Numbered from the stretch's first letter, positions 28,235 to 40,444 are shown. The stretch: DNA of 64,000 bases from an uncultured Acidobacteriota bacterium (GCA_963805975.1 CAWDVR010000003.1:480001-544000); one strand, 5' to 3'. Made by a program: numbers and translations. Notes: generated by a model from the sequence alone, not told the origin.

Positions 28235-29221
28235 ATGCCCGCCCGCTCACGCGCCCGGAGGACCGGCTCCGGATCGACCGCGCGCGGCTCCGGCGGGCGC
28301 GGCCCCCTGTGGTTGCTGGTGCTCGCGGCGCTCGCCGCCGTCGGCTTCGCCTTCTACCTGAGCCGGCGCCCGGCGCCGAGTTCCGAGGCGCCGCCGAAGC
28401 CGTCGCCCGCGCAGCGCGAAGCCCCCGCGCCTACCACCTCGCGCACCGCCCCGCCGGCTGCCCGGCCCGTCGAGACCGCGGCGAGCGAGCCGGCGAGCCC
28501 GGAGGTCCCAACCTCAGAGGATGCCGCACCCGCGGCCGTCGAGGGCGTGCGCATCGCGCTGGTGATCGACGACCTCGGCCGCAGTCTCGAGGATCTCGAG
28601 GTTCTGAAGCGCCTGGGGACCCCCTTGAGCTACGCCGTCCTGCCGTTCGAGACCCGCACCGCGGAAGTGGTGGCGGCGCTCGCCGCAGAGAAGCGGGAGG
28701 TCCTCTGCCACCTGCCGATGGAGCCCGAGACGGGGGCCAACCCCGGCCAGGGTGCGCTCACCTCGGACCTGCGGCCGGAGGAGCTGACCGCCGCCACCGT
28801 CCGCGCTCTCGACGCCGTGCCGGGCGCCGCCGGCGTCAACAACCACATGGGCTCGCGCCTGACGGCCGACCCGGACGCGATGCGCGCCATCCTGGGCGTG
28901 GTGGCGGCGCGCAAGCTCTTCTTCCTCGACTCCAGGACCAGCGCCGAGAGCGTGGGCTACAGGACCGCGCGGGCGTTGGGCATCGCCGCGGCCGAGCGCC
29001 AGGTGTTCCTCGATCGCGATCCCTCGCCGTCGGCGATCGCGGCGCAGTTCGCGCGCTGGCTGGAGGTGGCGCGGGAGAAGGGCGCGGCGATCGCCATCGG
29101 CCATCCCTACCCGGCGACCTTCGCCGTGCTCGAGCGCGAGGTGCCGCTCGCCAAGGCGGCCGGCTACGAGTTCGTGCCGGTGAGCTTTTTGATGGACTCG
29201 ACCGGCGAGCCGCCGCTGTGA
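28235..29221 (+). CDS. Divergent polysaccharide deacetylase (YibQ family)
   Basis: IALVIDDLG, HLPMEP, NNHMGS, FFLDSRT, VFLD, AIGHP. Confidence 0.92.
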   Translation: MPARSRARRTGSGSTARGSGGRGPLWLLVLAALAAVGFAFYLSRRPAPSSEAPPKPSPAQREAPAPTTSRTAPPAARPVETAASEPASPEVPTSEDAAPAAVEGVRIALVIDDLGRSLEDLEVLKRLGTPLSYAVLPFETRTAEVVAALAAEKREVLCHLPMEPETGANPGQGALTSDLRPEELTAATVRALDAVPGAAGVNNHMGSRLTADPDAMRAILGVVAARKLFFLDSRTSAESVGYRTARALGIAAAERQVFLDRDPSPSAIAAQFARWLEVAREKGAAIAIGHPYPATFAVLEREVPLAKAAGYEFVPVSFLMDSTGEPPL

Positions 29222-29282
29222 GCTGACACCCAATCCCGAAGGCTCGAACCGCGCTCCCAGAGCGACGACCGTCGCCCTCCTC

Positions 29283-31880
29283 TCATTCGCTCCTCAGGGC
29301 CTCGACCGGTCGTTGCCGGAGCGCGCGGATCGAGGCCGCGAGGCCCGCCACCACGGCGAGCACCACGCTCGCGACGAGCGCCACGGCGAAGGCGCGCGGC
29401 TGGAAGTGCCAGGGGATCTCCATGCCCTCCCGCAGCACCACCCAGGCGAGCACTCCGCCGCCCACCGCGCCGATGGCACCCGCCACCAGGCCGAGGAGCG
29501 AGTACTCCACCGCGAACACCCGCGCCACGCCGCCGCGCGTCAGGCCCAGGGTCTTGAGCAGCGCCACCTCCCGGCCGCGGCGCGCCGCGGAGGCAGCCAC
29601 GGCCCCGGCGAGGATGGCGATGCCGGCGAGCACGGTGAAGCCCCCGAGCAGGCGAATGCCGAGCCCGATGCGCTCGAAGACGGCCGAGACCTTGTCGAGC
29701 AGGCTGCGGATGTTGAGCACGGTGACGTTGGGGAAGCGGTCGACCAGGAGGTCCTGCACCCGCTGCTCCTGGCCGGCAGGGAGGCGCACGGCGGCGACCC
29801 GCTGCTGCGGCGCCTCTTCCAGCACCCCGGGCTCCACCACCCAGAAGAAGTTGATGCCGAAGGTCTGCCATTCGACGGTGCGGAGGCTCCCCACCGTCAG
29901 GGTGATGGGCACGCCTTGCACGTCGAAGTCGAGGCGCGAGCCGACCTTCAGCCGCAGGTCGGCGGCGAACTCCTGCTCGACGCTCACCTCGGGCACCTCG
30001 GGCAGGCCCCAGAGCGTGCCCTCCACCACCCGGTTGTCGGGCGCCAGCTTTTCGAGATAGGTGAGGCGCTGCTCGCGGGTCAGGGCCCAGCGCCGCTCGC
30101 CGTCCTGCTGCTCGCGCTCGCGCGCGGCGAGATCCTGGGTGGACTCGCCGTCGATCGCCGTCAGGCGCGCCGTCACCAGCGGCACGGAGTCGATCCGCTC
30201 GGCGCCCGCCGAGGAGAGCAGGGCCTCCACCCCCGGCCACTGCTCGGGCTGGATGTCGATCAGGAACACGCTGGGCGCGTCCTTGGGCAGATCGGCTCGC
30301 AGGCGATTCACCAGGTGCTCCTCGACCAACCACATGGCGAGCACCACCAGCACGCCCAGGCCCAGGGCGACGATCGCCGCCAGCGTGCCGGCCCCGGGCC
30401 GCGCCAGGGCCGCCAGGCCGTAGGAGAAGGTGAAGCGCCCGCCGCGACTTCCGTCGGCCTGGCGGGAACGCTCGCGGAAGCGGGCGGCGAGGCGGGTGAG
30501 CCCCAGGGCCGCGGCGGCCAGGAGCCCCGTGACCATCGCGATGCCGATGGTGAAGCCGGCCGCGAGCCTCGCCGAGCCGGACTGCACGGCGGCGAGGGCG
30601 AAAATGCCGCCCGAGAGCGCCGCGAGCGTGGCCACGGAAGCGACGCGGCTGGGCGGCAGGGGCTCGGCGTCGCGGCGCAGCACCCGTGCCGGCGGCACGC
30701 GGAAGAGGGCGGCCAGGGGCGGCAGGCTGAAGAGCAGGGCGACCCCGGTGCCGAGGGCCAGGCCGCGAAAGATCGCCGCCGGCTGCCAGAGGTGGATGGC
30801 CTCGGCCGGCACCAGGTCCGGGAGGATCCGCGGCACGGCGATCATCACCGCCAGGCCCGCCCCCACCCCTAGCATGCTTCCGGCCAGGCCCAGGAGCGCC
30901 GTCTGGCCGAAGTAGAGGGCGAAGATCTCGCGCGGCCTGAGCCCCAGGCACTTCAGCACGGCGATCGAGTCCATGCGGCTCGCCAGCCAGGCGCGCACCG
31001 TCTGCGCCACGCCGATGCCGCCGGCGAGGAGGGACACCAGGGCCACCAGCCCGAGGAAGCGGTCGGTGCGCGCCAGCCCCTGGCGCAGGGCCGGCTGGCC
31101 GTCGGCATAGGTCTCGATGCGGAAGTTGGTGCCGGCCAGCTCCTTGAGCGAGGCCGCGAGGGCCTTGAGCTCCTCCTTGGTCATGGTCGCCGGGAGCTTC
31201 AGCAGCAGCCGGTGGTCGGCGCGGCTGCCCCGCTGCTCGAGGTCCGCCCGCGCCAGACCATCGATCGAGATCATCACCCGCGGCCCGGCCACGAAGGCCC
31301 CACCCAGGCGGTCGGGCTCGGCGCTGATGGTGCCGGCGACGCGGAAGCTCTGGCTGCCCACCCGCAGGGCCTCTCCCACCTCGAGGCCGAGCGCGGCCAG
31401 CAGCTCGGGCGCCGCCAGCACGCTCTCCGCATCGAGCAGCTCGGCGAGGGGCCGTTGCGGCTCGGTGGTCACCGCGCCGTAGAAGGGGTAGCCGGGGGCC
31501 ACGGCCTTCAGCTCGACCAGCCGCGAGGGCGCGGGGCGGGAGGGCGGGGGAGAGCCGGGCCGGGGTGCTCCGGACTGGGGCGTCGCGGCGACGACCGTCA
31601 CCAGCTCCTTCACCTCGGCGCGCTCGGCGCCGGTCAGGGAGGCCAGCCGCTCCTCGAGCGCCGGCGGCATGGGCAGCGAGCTGCGGCTCACCACCACCAG
31701 ATCGGCCGCCAGGAGCTGGCGCGCGTCGCTGCGGATCGCCTGGTCCAGGCTCGCGGTCAGGCCCGCCACGGCGACCACGGCGGCGACGCCGACCGCCAGG
31801 CAGGCGAGAAAGAACCCCAGCCTCCGTCCCTGGCCGCGCGACTCGCGCGCCATCTGGCGCAGGTAGAGCGCGGCGGTCAT
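29283..31880 (-). CDS. ABC transporter permease (YbbP/FtsX-like)
   Basis: Two FtsX-like halves; ELKAV..GYPFYG, FLIDIQPEQ, W.TFGINFF. Confidence 0.9.
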   Translation of the reverse strand: MTAALYLRQMARESRGQGRRLGFFLACLAVGVAAVVAVAGLTASLDQAIRSDARQLLAADLVVVSRSSLPMPPALEERLASLTGAERAEVKELVTVVAATPQSGAPRPGSPPPSRPAPSRLVELKAVAPGYPFYGAVTTEPQRPLAELLDAESVLAAPELLAALGLEVGEALRVGSQSFRVAGTISAEPDRLGGAFVAGPRVMISIDGLARADLEQRGSRADHRLLLKLPATMTKEELKALAASLKELAGTNFRIETYADGQPALRQGLARTDRFLGLVALVSLLAGGIGVAQTVRAWLASRMDSIAVLKCLGLRPREIFALYFGQTALLGLAGSMLGVGAGLAVMIAVPRILPDLVPAEAIHLWQPAAIFRGLALGTGVALLFSLPPLAALFRVPPARVLRRDAEPLPPSRVASVATLAALSGGIFALAAVQSGSARLAAGFTIGIAMVTGLLAAAALGLTRLAARFRERSRQADGSRGGRFTFSYGLAALARPGAGTLAAIVALGLGVLVVLAMWLVEEHLVNRLRADLPKDAPSVFLIDIQPEQWPGVEALLSSAGAERIDSVPLVTARLTAIDGESTQDLAAREREQQDGERRWALTREQRLTYLEKLAPDNRVVEGTLWGLPEVPEVSVEQEFAADLRLKVGSRLDFDVQGVPITLTVGSLRTVEWQTFGINFFWVVEPGVLEEAPQQRVAAVRLPAGQEQRVQDLLVDRFPNVTVLNIRSLLDKVSAVFERIGLGIRLLGGFTVLAGIAILAGAVAASAARRGREVALLKTLGLTRGGVARVFAVEYSLLGLVAGAIGAVGGGVLAWVVLREGMEIPWHFQPRAFAVALVASVVLAVVAGLAASIRALRQRPVEALRSE

Positions 31881-32605
31881 CGCGCCGGCTCGGGGCCGGA
31901 ACCGAGCCTGGACCCGGCCTCGCTCCGCGTCTCGATGCGCTCGATGCGACCGTCCCGCAGGTGGACCAGCCGGTCGGCGCGCTGGGCGATCTCGAGGTCG
32001 TGGGTGACCAGCACCAGGGTCGCAGCCGACCGCTCCGAGAGGCCGGAGAGCAGGTCGAGCACCACGCGGCCGGTGGCGCTGTCGAGGTTGCCGGTGGGCT
32101 CGTCCGCGAGCAGGATCGGCGGCTCGGCGGCGAAGGCACGCGCCAGGGCCACCCGCTGCTGCTCGCCGCCCGAGAGCTGCGAGGGGTAGTGGTGGACGCG
32201 CTCGCCGAGCCCGACTGAGCCCAGGAGCTCGCCGGCGCGCCGGCCGGGCTCCCTGGCGTTGGCCAGCTCCAGGGGCAAGCGTACGTTCTCGAGCGCCGTC
32301 AGGTTGGCGAGGAGCTGGAAGGACTGGAAGACGAAGCCGATCTTCTGCCGGCGCAGCAGCGCCAGGCGGTCCTCGGAGAGGCCCTGGATGGCCTCGCCGT
32401 CGATCCGCACCTCGCCGGAGGTGGGGCGATCGAGCCCGGCCGCCAGACCCAGGAGTGTCGACTTGCCGCTCCCCGAGGGCCCGAGCACGGCCACGAACTC
32501 ACCCGCCGCGACCGTGAGGCTCACGTCGTCGAGGATGGTCAGCAGCCGGTTGCCGGAGGGCAGGCGCTTGGTGAGGTGAAGAAGCTCGATGCGGGGCGTC
32601 GTCAT
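31877..32605 (-). CDS. ABC transporter ATP-binding protein (YbbA-like)
   Basis: GPSGSGKS, LSGGEQQRVALARA, ADEPTGNLD. Confidence 0.95.
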   Translation of the reverse strand: MTTPRIELLHLTKRLPSGNRLLTILDDVSLTVAAGEFVAVLGPSGSGKSTLLGLAAGLDRPTSGEVRIDGEAIQGLSEDRLALLRRQKIGFVFQSFQLLANLTALENVRLPLELANAREPGRRAGELLGSVGLGERVHHYPSQLSGGEQQRVALARAFAAEPPILLADEPTGNLDSATGRVVLDLLSGLSERSAATLVLVTHDLEIAQRADRLVHLRDGRIERIETRSEAGSRLGSGPEPAR

Positions 32606-32732
32606 GATGTCGGGAAGTGGGGGGAGGAGAGGCGGCCAGGAGCTTACCAGCCTCTATAGGAACGACGGCGAAGCCGATACCTTACCGGGGCCGGCCGGAT
32701 CTGGGCGGGGCACACCTCGTAGAATCGGCCGC

Positions 32733-33416
32733 ATGCGAGCGCGTTTCCTCTTCCCGATCCTCATCCTCGTCGCCTGCGGTGGCGGTGAGCCGAAGCAGAG
32801 CCCGGCCGCCAGCCCTCCGCCTGCGGCGCAACCGCCGCCGGCCGCCGCGCCGGCTCCCAGGGAGAGCGCGCCGCTGGTCGTCTTCCTGGGGGACAGCCTG
32901 ACGGCCGGCTATGGCCTGGCCGAGGACCAGGCCTACCCGGCCGTGATCCGCGAACGCCTGGCGGAAGAGGGTGTCGCCGCCCGCGTGGTCAACGCCGGCA
33001 TCTCCGGCGACACCACGGCCGGGGGCCTGGCGCGGCTCGACTGGCTCCTCAAACAGAAGCCCTCCGTGGTGGTGGTGGCGCTGGGCGCCAACGACGGCCT
33101 GCGCGGGGTGCCGCTCGCGGAGACCGAGTCCAACCTGCGGCGCATCCTCGAGCGGCTGCAGGCCGCCGGCGCCAGGCCGCTCCTCGCCGGCATGCTGATC
33201 CCGCCCAACTACGGGCCGGACTACACCCAGGGCTTCGCCGCCCTCTACCCGCGCCTGGCGCACGAGCTCGAGGTGCCGCTCATCCCCTTCCTGCTGGCGG
33301 GTGTGGCTGCCGAGGCCGGCCTCAACCAGGCGGACGGCATCCACCCCACGGCCGAGGGGCAGAAGAAGCTGGCGGAGACCGTGCTCGGGTACCTCCGGCC
33401 GCTGCTCACTCCCTGA
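32733..33416 (+). CDS. tesA: SGNH arylesterase / acyl-CoA thioesterase I (lipoprotein)
   Basis: GDSLTAGYG, NAGISGDTT, GANDGLRG, DGIHP; divergent from ybbA. Confidence 0.92.
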   Translation: MRARFLFPILILVACGGGEPKQSPAASPPPAAQPPPAAAPAPRESAPLVVFLGDSLTAGYGLAEDQAYPAVIRERLAEEGVAARVVNAGISGDTTAGGLARLDWLLKQKPSVVVVALGANDGLRGVPLAETESNLRRILERLQAAGARPLLAGMLIPPNYGPDYTQGFAALYPRLAHELEVPLIPFLLAGVAAEAGLNQADGIHPTAEGQKKLAETVLGYLRPLLTP

Positions 33417-34197
33417 GCTTGGCCTCTTCCCAGAGCGCGTCCATCTCGGCCAGGTCGGAGTCGTTCAGGGTCTTGCCGCGGGCGGCCAGGGCCTGTTCCA
33501 CGTGGGCGAAGCGGCGGCGGAACTTGCGGTTGGCCTCCGCCAGCGCGGCTTCCGGGTCCACGTCGAGCTTGCGGGCGAGGTTGACGGCGGTAAAGAGCAG
33601 GTCGCCGATCTCCTCGCGCACCTCGTCCCGCTCCCGCTCTTCTTTCCCCGCCAGCGCTTCCTCGAGCTCCGCGATCTCCTCCCGGAGCTTGGCGAGCACG
33701 GGCTCGGTCGCCGGCCAGTCGAAACCCACGCCGGACGCCTTCTGGGTCATGCGCAGCGCGCCCACCAGCGCCGGGAGCGAGGGCGCGACGCCGTCCAGGA
33801 GCGAGCCGCCGTCCTTTCTCTCCCGCACCTTGCGCCGCTCCCAGGCCTCGCGCACGGCGGTGGCGTCGGCGAGCTCTTCGCCACCGAAGACGTGGGGGTG
33901 CCGCGCCACCATCTTGGCCTCGACGCGGGCGATCGAGTCGGCGAGGGTGAAGAGGCCCTGCTCCTCGGCCAGGCGGCCGATGAACGCCACCTGGAACAAT
34001 AGATCGCCCAGCTCGGAGGCGAGCTCTTCGCCGTCGCGGGCGTCGATCGCCGCCGCCGTCTCGTGCGCTTCTTCCAGCAGGTAGGCCCGGACGTCCGGCA
34101 GGGTCTGCTCGCGGTCCCAGGGGCAGCCGTCGGGCGCCCGCAGGCGCGCCACCAGCGCCAGCAGGCGGCCGAGGTCGGGAGCGGAGACGGGGGGCAT
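33406..34197 (-). CDS. mazG: Nucleoside triphosphate pyrophosphohydrolase MazG
   Basis: LRAPDGCPWDREQT, ELGDLLFQV, RHPHVFG, GFDW, EEIGDLLF. Confidence 0.95.
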   Translation of the reverse strand: MPPVSAPDLGRLLALVARLRAPDGCPWDREQTLPDVRAYLLEEAHETAAAIDARDGEELASELGDLLFQVAFIGRLAEEQGLFTLADSIARVEAKMVARHPHVFGGEELADATAVREAWERRKVRERKDGGSLLDGVAPSLPALVGALRMTQKASGVGFDWPATEPVLAKLREEIAELEEALAGKEERERDEVREEIGDLLFTAVNLARKLDVDPEAALAEANRKFRRRFAHVEQALAARGKTLNDSDLAEMDALWEEAKLRE

Positions 34198-34256
34198 GGG
34201 CGGGCGGCTTCCAGCCTTGCTACCATACCCCAGCGGCATTCTGGAGAGGAGGCGGG

Positions 34257-34748
34257 GTGAGCGAGAGCGAGATCAAGGTCTCCGACAAGCGGATCTTCAC
34301 CGCCGACGGACGGCTCAGGGAAGAGTTCGCCTTCCTGGACGAGGCTGGTGAAGCTCCCCGGGCGGCGCCGGAAGGAGCGCCGGCCGAGCGGCCCGCGCCG
34401 GCGCCGCGCGAACCGGAGCTGCTTCCACCGACGATCCACCCGGGGCCCGCGGTGCGGACTGCCCCGCAGGCCCCGCTGCTCGATCCGGCCGTGAGCGGGC
34501 TCCACGCCGAAGCGCCCTCCTTCTTCGATCTCCTCGCTCTGCTGGCGGAACCGGCCTCGGTGTACCTGGGCGAGGTGACCCTGCCCGGCGGCGAGTCCGC
34601 GCTCGACCTGGACCTGGCCCGCTTCCACATCGACCTCATCGCCGTCCTCCAGCAGAAGACCGCGGGCAACCTCACGGCGGAGGAGGGCGCGGTGCTCGAA
34701 GACCTGGTCTACCAGCTACGAATGCGGTACGTGCAACAGCGTGGCTGA
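34257..34748 (+). CDS. DUF1844 domain protein
   Basis: IKVSDKR N-terminus; DLDLARFHIDLIAVLQQKTAGNLTAEE...LRMRYV. Confidence 0.85.
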   Translation: MSESEIKVSDKRIFTADGRLREEFAFLDEAGEAPRAAPEGAPAERPAPAPREPELLPPTIHPGPAVRTAPQAPLLDPAVSGLHAEAPSFFDLLALLAEPASVYLGEVTLPGGESALDLDLARFHIDLIAVLQQKTAGNLTAEEGAVLEDLVYQLRMRYVQQRG

Positions 34749-34754
34749 GAGCTC

Positions 34755-36539
34755 GTGAAGAAACCTGTGCTGCGGACCTGCTGCTGCCTGGGGTTGCTGC
34801 TGTTGGCAGCGTTGCCGGCGCGGGCGCAGGAGGCCTCGGCGCAGCCGGGCACCGGCATCGAGCTCACCGTCGGCACCCAACAGGCGCTCGGCCGGCTGCG
34901 CGAGCTCTGGCAGCAGTGGCAGCTCGCCGTCGAAGGGGACGACGCGCGCCGCCCTGCCGAGCTCGTGGCGCAGATGCTCGCCACCGCCCGCGCGCTCGGC
35001 TTCGAGCGCCTGCCGGACCTCGCCACCGCGGCCGGGGCGCAGGCCATCGAGCTGGCCCAGTCCCGCCGCTTCGACCGCGCCGCGCTGGGCCTCGAGGCCG
35101 CCGCCACGCTCGACCCCGGCCATCCGGACACTCATTTCGCGGCCGCGGCGGTGGCCCGCCTCGAGGGCCGGGGCTGGGCCGCCGCCAAGGCGCGGCTCAC
35201 GGGCCTCGGGGCCGCCGCCGGCATGCCGGCCGCCCGCCTGCTGTGGACGGCGAATCTCGTCACCTGGGCGCTCTATGTGCTGCTCTTCGCCGGCCTGCTC
35301 TACGCCACCCTGCAGTTGATCACCAAGGGCGGCGGCCTGGTGCGGGACCTCTCGCGCCTCAGCGCGCGCTTCCTGCCCGGACCGCTGGCGGTGCCCTTCG
35401 CCCTGGTGCTGCTGTTCTGGCCCGCCGCTCTTCCCTATGGCCTGGCCTGGCTCGTCCTCTACTGGTCGGCCCTGCTCTGGGGATACGGCTCGGGAAGCGA
35501 GCGCGCGGTGTGGATCGGGCTCTGGCTGGTGCTGGGCCTGGCTCCGCTCCTCGCCGAGCAGAGCCGGCGCTGGGTGCGCGAAGAGCTCACGCCGCAGGTG
35601 CAGGCGGTCGAGAACCTGCGCCAGGGCCGACTCTACGGCTCGCTGTTCTCCGACCTGGGCGTGCTGCGCTCGACGCTTCCCGACAGCCCGGCGGCCCGCC
35701 ACCTGCTCGCCGACCTGCACCAGTTCCTCGGCCAGTGGGACGCGGCCAAGCTCGCCTATGGCCAGGTGCTCGCCGGCGAGCCCGACCAGGCGAGCGTGCT
35801 GCTCAACCTGGGAGCTTTCGCCTACTTCCAGGGCGACTACCCGCAGGCCGCCGAGTACTTCAAGCGCGCCGCCGAGGGCGACCCGGACAACGCGGCCGGC
35901 TACTTCAACCTGAGCAAGGCCTACGCGAAGATGCTCTTCTTCGACGAGGCCACGGCGGCCCGCGAGCGGGCGCGGGCGGTCGACGACGAGAGCTACGGCC
36001 GCTGGCTCCAGGAGAAGGCCCGCGACGGCATCCAGTTCTCCCGCGCCGGCATCGAGCGCAGTGTGGAGATCCGCCGCCAGCTCGTCTCCGCCCGGCGCAG
36101 CGCCGAAGGCGTGGGCCAGGCCCTGATCTGGCGCCACGGCCTGGCCCTGCTGCTGGCCCTGGGGCTGACCCTGGTCGCCGTCACCCTCGACCTGGCGCGG
36201 CGGCCTTTCGGCTACAGCGAGCTGCCGATCGACCTGCGCGACACCCGGAGCGGCTTCGAGCGCGCCGTGCGGGCTCTGCTGCCCGGCCTCGAAGCGGCGG
36301 AGCTCGGCCTGGGCTTTCGCTCCTACGCGCTGGTGCTCCTTCCGGCCGGTCTCCTGCTGCTGGCCCTCTCCGCCGTGCCCCTCTACCGCCTTCCCCTGGG
36401 GCTCGATGCGGGGCTCTCGCCCTGGCGTTGGACCTTCAGCCTCCTGGGCCTCGCCGCGTTCTTCGGCTGGCGCCTGCTGCGGGCCTTCGGCGGCCGGTTG
36501 CCGGCCCGCGGCACCGCGGTGCCGGTGGAGGCGCGTTGA
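34755..36539 (+). CDS. Multi-pass membrane protein with TPR repeats
   Basis: Signal peptide, several TM helices, TPR motifs (LLNLGAFAYFQGDYPQAAEYFKRA, YFNLSKAY). Confidence 0.8.
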   Translation: MKKPVLRTCCCLGLLLLAALPARAQEASAQPGTGIELTVGTQQALGRLRELWQQWQLAVEGDDARRPAELVAQMLATARALGFERLPDLATAAGAQAIELAQSRRFDRAALGLEAAATLDPGHPDTHFAAAAVARLEGRGWAAAKARLTGLGAAAGMPAARLLWTANLVTWALYVLLFAGLLYATLQLITKGGGLVRDLSRLSARFLPGPLAVPFALVLLFWPAALPYGLAWLVLYWSALLWGYGSGSERAVWIGLWLVLGLAPLLAEQSRRWVREELTPQVQAVENLRQGRLYGSLFSDLGVLRSTLPDSPAARHLLADLHQFLGQWDAAKLAYGQVLAGEPDQASVLLNLGAFAYFQGDYPQAAEYFKRAAEGDPDNAAGYFNLSKAYAKMLFFDEATAARERARAVDDESYGRWLQEKARDGIQFSRAGIERSVEIRRQLVSARRSAEGVGQALIWRHGLALLLALGLTLVAVTLDLARRPFGYSELPIDLRDTRSGFERAVRALLPGLEAAELGLGFRSYALVLLPAGLLLLALSAVPLYRLPLGLDAGLSPWRWTFSLLGLAAFFGWRLLRAFGGRLPARGTAVPVEAR

Positions 36540-37885
36540 TGGCCGGCGAGTCGATGGCCATCGAGGGCACGCTCGATCTCTTCCAGCTTCCCGAGATCCT
36601 GCAGCTCGTCTCGCACCAGGCGAAGACCGGCATCCTCACCGTCCAGGGCGACACGGACATCGTCGCCATCTCCTTCGAGCGCGGCCGGGTGGTGGCGGTG
36701 GACGCTCTCAACCAGACTCTCGAGGAGTCCCTGGGAGAGGTGCTGGCCGGCCAGGGCATCGTGGCGCCGGCCGAGTTCGCGGCGGTGGCCGCCGAGCACC
36801 GCGGGGGCAAGGGGCGGCTGATGGACCTCCTGGTGGCGCGCGGGCTGGTGGAGCGGGGGCAGCTCCTCGAGGCTCTGCGTCTGCACATGTACCGGATGCT
36901 GGTCGAGCTCTTGCGCTGGCGCTCCGGCGAGTTCAAGTTCTACAGCACCGACGAGGTCTCCTTCGAGGAGGGGTTCCCGCCGATCGCGGTCGAGGAGCTC
37001 CTGATCCGCTCGGTCGAGGAAGCGGCGGGGGAGGGCCATCCGACCATCCCGGACTCGCGGTCGGTCTACGAGCCGGTCGATCCCGGGCGGTCGATCCGCG
37101 TGCGCCGCGAGGGCGAGGAGAGCCTGGACGGCGGCGACGCGATCTGGCTCTCGGCCGCCGACCACGAGCTGCTCGGCCGCCTGGGCGGCGGGCACACCGT
37201 CTCCGCCCTGGTGAAGAAGACGGGCACCGACGAGTACAAGGTGCGCTACCTGCTGCACCGCCTGCTCGAGGCGGGCGTGATACGGCCGCGGCCGGCGGCG
37301 GTGCTGGTGCCGGAGGTTCCGCCGTCCTTCGCCGCCCCGGTGATGGTCGAGGCGGACCGCCTCGAGGAGACGCTCCATGGCACGCCCGTCGTGCTGCCTC
37401 CGGAACCCCGGACCGATACGGCGCGCATCGCCACTCTGGTGCGCCCCTGGCCCGGGCGTCTTCTCGCCGCCATCCCCCTGCTCGTGGCCGGCCTGGTCCT
37501 GTGGCGTGCGCCGCTGTCGCTCCCGCTGCCCTTTCCCTGGCAGGCGGCGCAGCACACCGCGATCACCCAGACGCTGCTGGGCTCGACCTACCTGCGCCTC
37601 GATCAGGCGGCGAAGGTGTTCTTCCTCATCGAGGACCGTTTCCCGCCGGCGCTTCCGGAGCTCGCGCGGCGGGGGTTCCTCGCCCGCTCCGAGCTCGGGG
37701 ACCCGCTGGGCCGTCCTCTCTCGTGGGCCGCGCACGGCTCGACCTACGAGGTGGCGCCGGTCCAAGGGGGCACGAGCCTGGCCGAGCAGGGTGCCACCGA
37801 GGCCGCGACCGGCAATTTCCTGCTCGACCCGGAGTTCCTGCAAGGCGCCAGGACGGACCGCAAACCGCTGGTATTGCTGGACTGA
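36539..37885 (+). CDS. DUF4388 (PatA_N-like) membrane protein with a C-terminal GspG-like domain
   Basis: MAIEGTLDLFQLPEILQLV...KTGILTV, LLRWRSGEFKF; one TM; FPPALPEL...DPLGRP. Confidence 0.8.
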   Translation: MAGESMAIEGTLDLFQLPEILQLVSHQAKTGILTVQGDTDIVAISFERGRVVAVDALNQTLEESLGEVLAGQGIVAPAEFAAVAAEHRGGKGRLMDLLVARGLVERGQLLEALRLHMYRMLVELLRWRSGEFKFYSTDEVSFEEGFPPIAVEELLIRSVEEAAGEGHPTIPDSRSVYEPVDPGRSIRVRREGEESLDGGDAIWLSAADHELLGRLGGGHTVSALVKKTGTDEYKVRYLLHRLLEAGVIRPRPAAVLVPEVPPSFAAPVMVEADRLEETLHGTPVVLPPEPRTDTARIATLVRPWPGRLLAAIPLLVAGLVLWRAPLSLPLPFPWQAAQHTAITQTLLGSTYLRLDQAAKVFFLIEDRFPPALPELARRGFLARSELGDPLGRPLSWAAHGSTYEVAPVQGGTSLAEQGATEAATGNFLLDPEFLQGARTDRKPLVLLD

Positions 37886-37984
37886 GGTCTTCCGGGCAGG
37901 CCGCGGAGAATCCTCGGCCCGCGCTGCGGAGCGTTATGCGGAATAAATCTTAGCGAGTTGTTGTCATATACGCTGTCGGCGGAG

Positions 37985-38015
37985 CTTGACAGCGACTGAC
38001 TAAGGTTTATACCCT
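37985..38015 (+). promoter_or_regulatory. Sigma70 promoter of dnaK with an overlapping degenerate HAIR (HspR operator)
   Basis: TTGACA at 37986-37991, TACCCT at 38010-38015; CTTGACA-N7-ACTAAGG vs the HAIR consensus CTTGAGT-N7-ACTCAAG. Confidence 0.7.
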
Positions 38016-38052
38016 GTCTTGGAATCAGGAAAAGGGAGCAAAGGAGGCTTTC

Positions 38053-39975
<1,923 letters not shown>

Positions 39976-40014
39976 GAGCCGATCGATGGCCGGCAGGTCG
40001 CAAGGAGGCGCTCG

Positions 40015-40407
40015 GTGAGTCAACGTCCGCAAAGCTCAGGCAAACCCGGCAAGAAGTACGTGATGATCCGGGTCGTCGCCGAGCGCCTCCAGATCCACCC
40101 TCAGACCATCCGCTTCTACGAGCGCGAAGGTCTCATCACGCCGGCGCGGAGCGCCGGCAACACCCGCCTCTACGACGAGGACTCCATCCAGCGCCTGGAG
40201 ACCATCCTCAACCTCACCCGCCAGCTCGGCGTGAACCTCGCCGGGGTGGAGGTCATCCTGTCGATGAAAGAGCGCATCAGCGCGCTCCAGACCGAGGTCG
40301 ATCGCCTGCTCGCGGAGGCGCGCCAGCAAGCCAACGACCAACGTGCCGGCATCGACCGCCGCCACGCCCTGGTGCGAGTTCAAGGCGGCGTGCCGGCGAA
40401 GCGGTAG
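40015..40407 (+). CDS. hspR: MerR-family heat-shock repressor HspR
   Basis: IHPQTIRFYEREGLITPARSAGNTRLY...LGVNLAGV; directly after dnaK. Confidence 0.85.
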   Translation: MSQRPQSSGKPGKKYVMIRVVAERLQIHPQTIRFYEREGLITPARSAGNTRLYDEDSIQRLETILNLTRQLGVNLAGVEVILSMKERISALQTEVDRLLAEARQQANDQRAGIDRRHALVRVQGGVPAKR

Positions 40408-40415
40408 CACCTCCG

Positions 40416-40444
40416 TTGACAGCGGCTTGGTCGTCGATTAGGCT
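40416..40444 (+). promoter_or_regulatory. Sigma70 promoter of the TA operon
   Basis: TTGACA-N17-TAGGCT; three TGGTC repeats nearby may be operator half-sites. Confidence 0.65.

Noticed and set aside
37950-37976. CIRCE element upstream of dnaK
   Set aside because: Only TTAGC matches; there is no TTAGCACTC-N9-GAGTGCTAA inverted repeat
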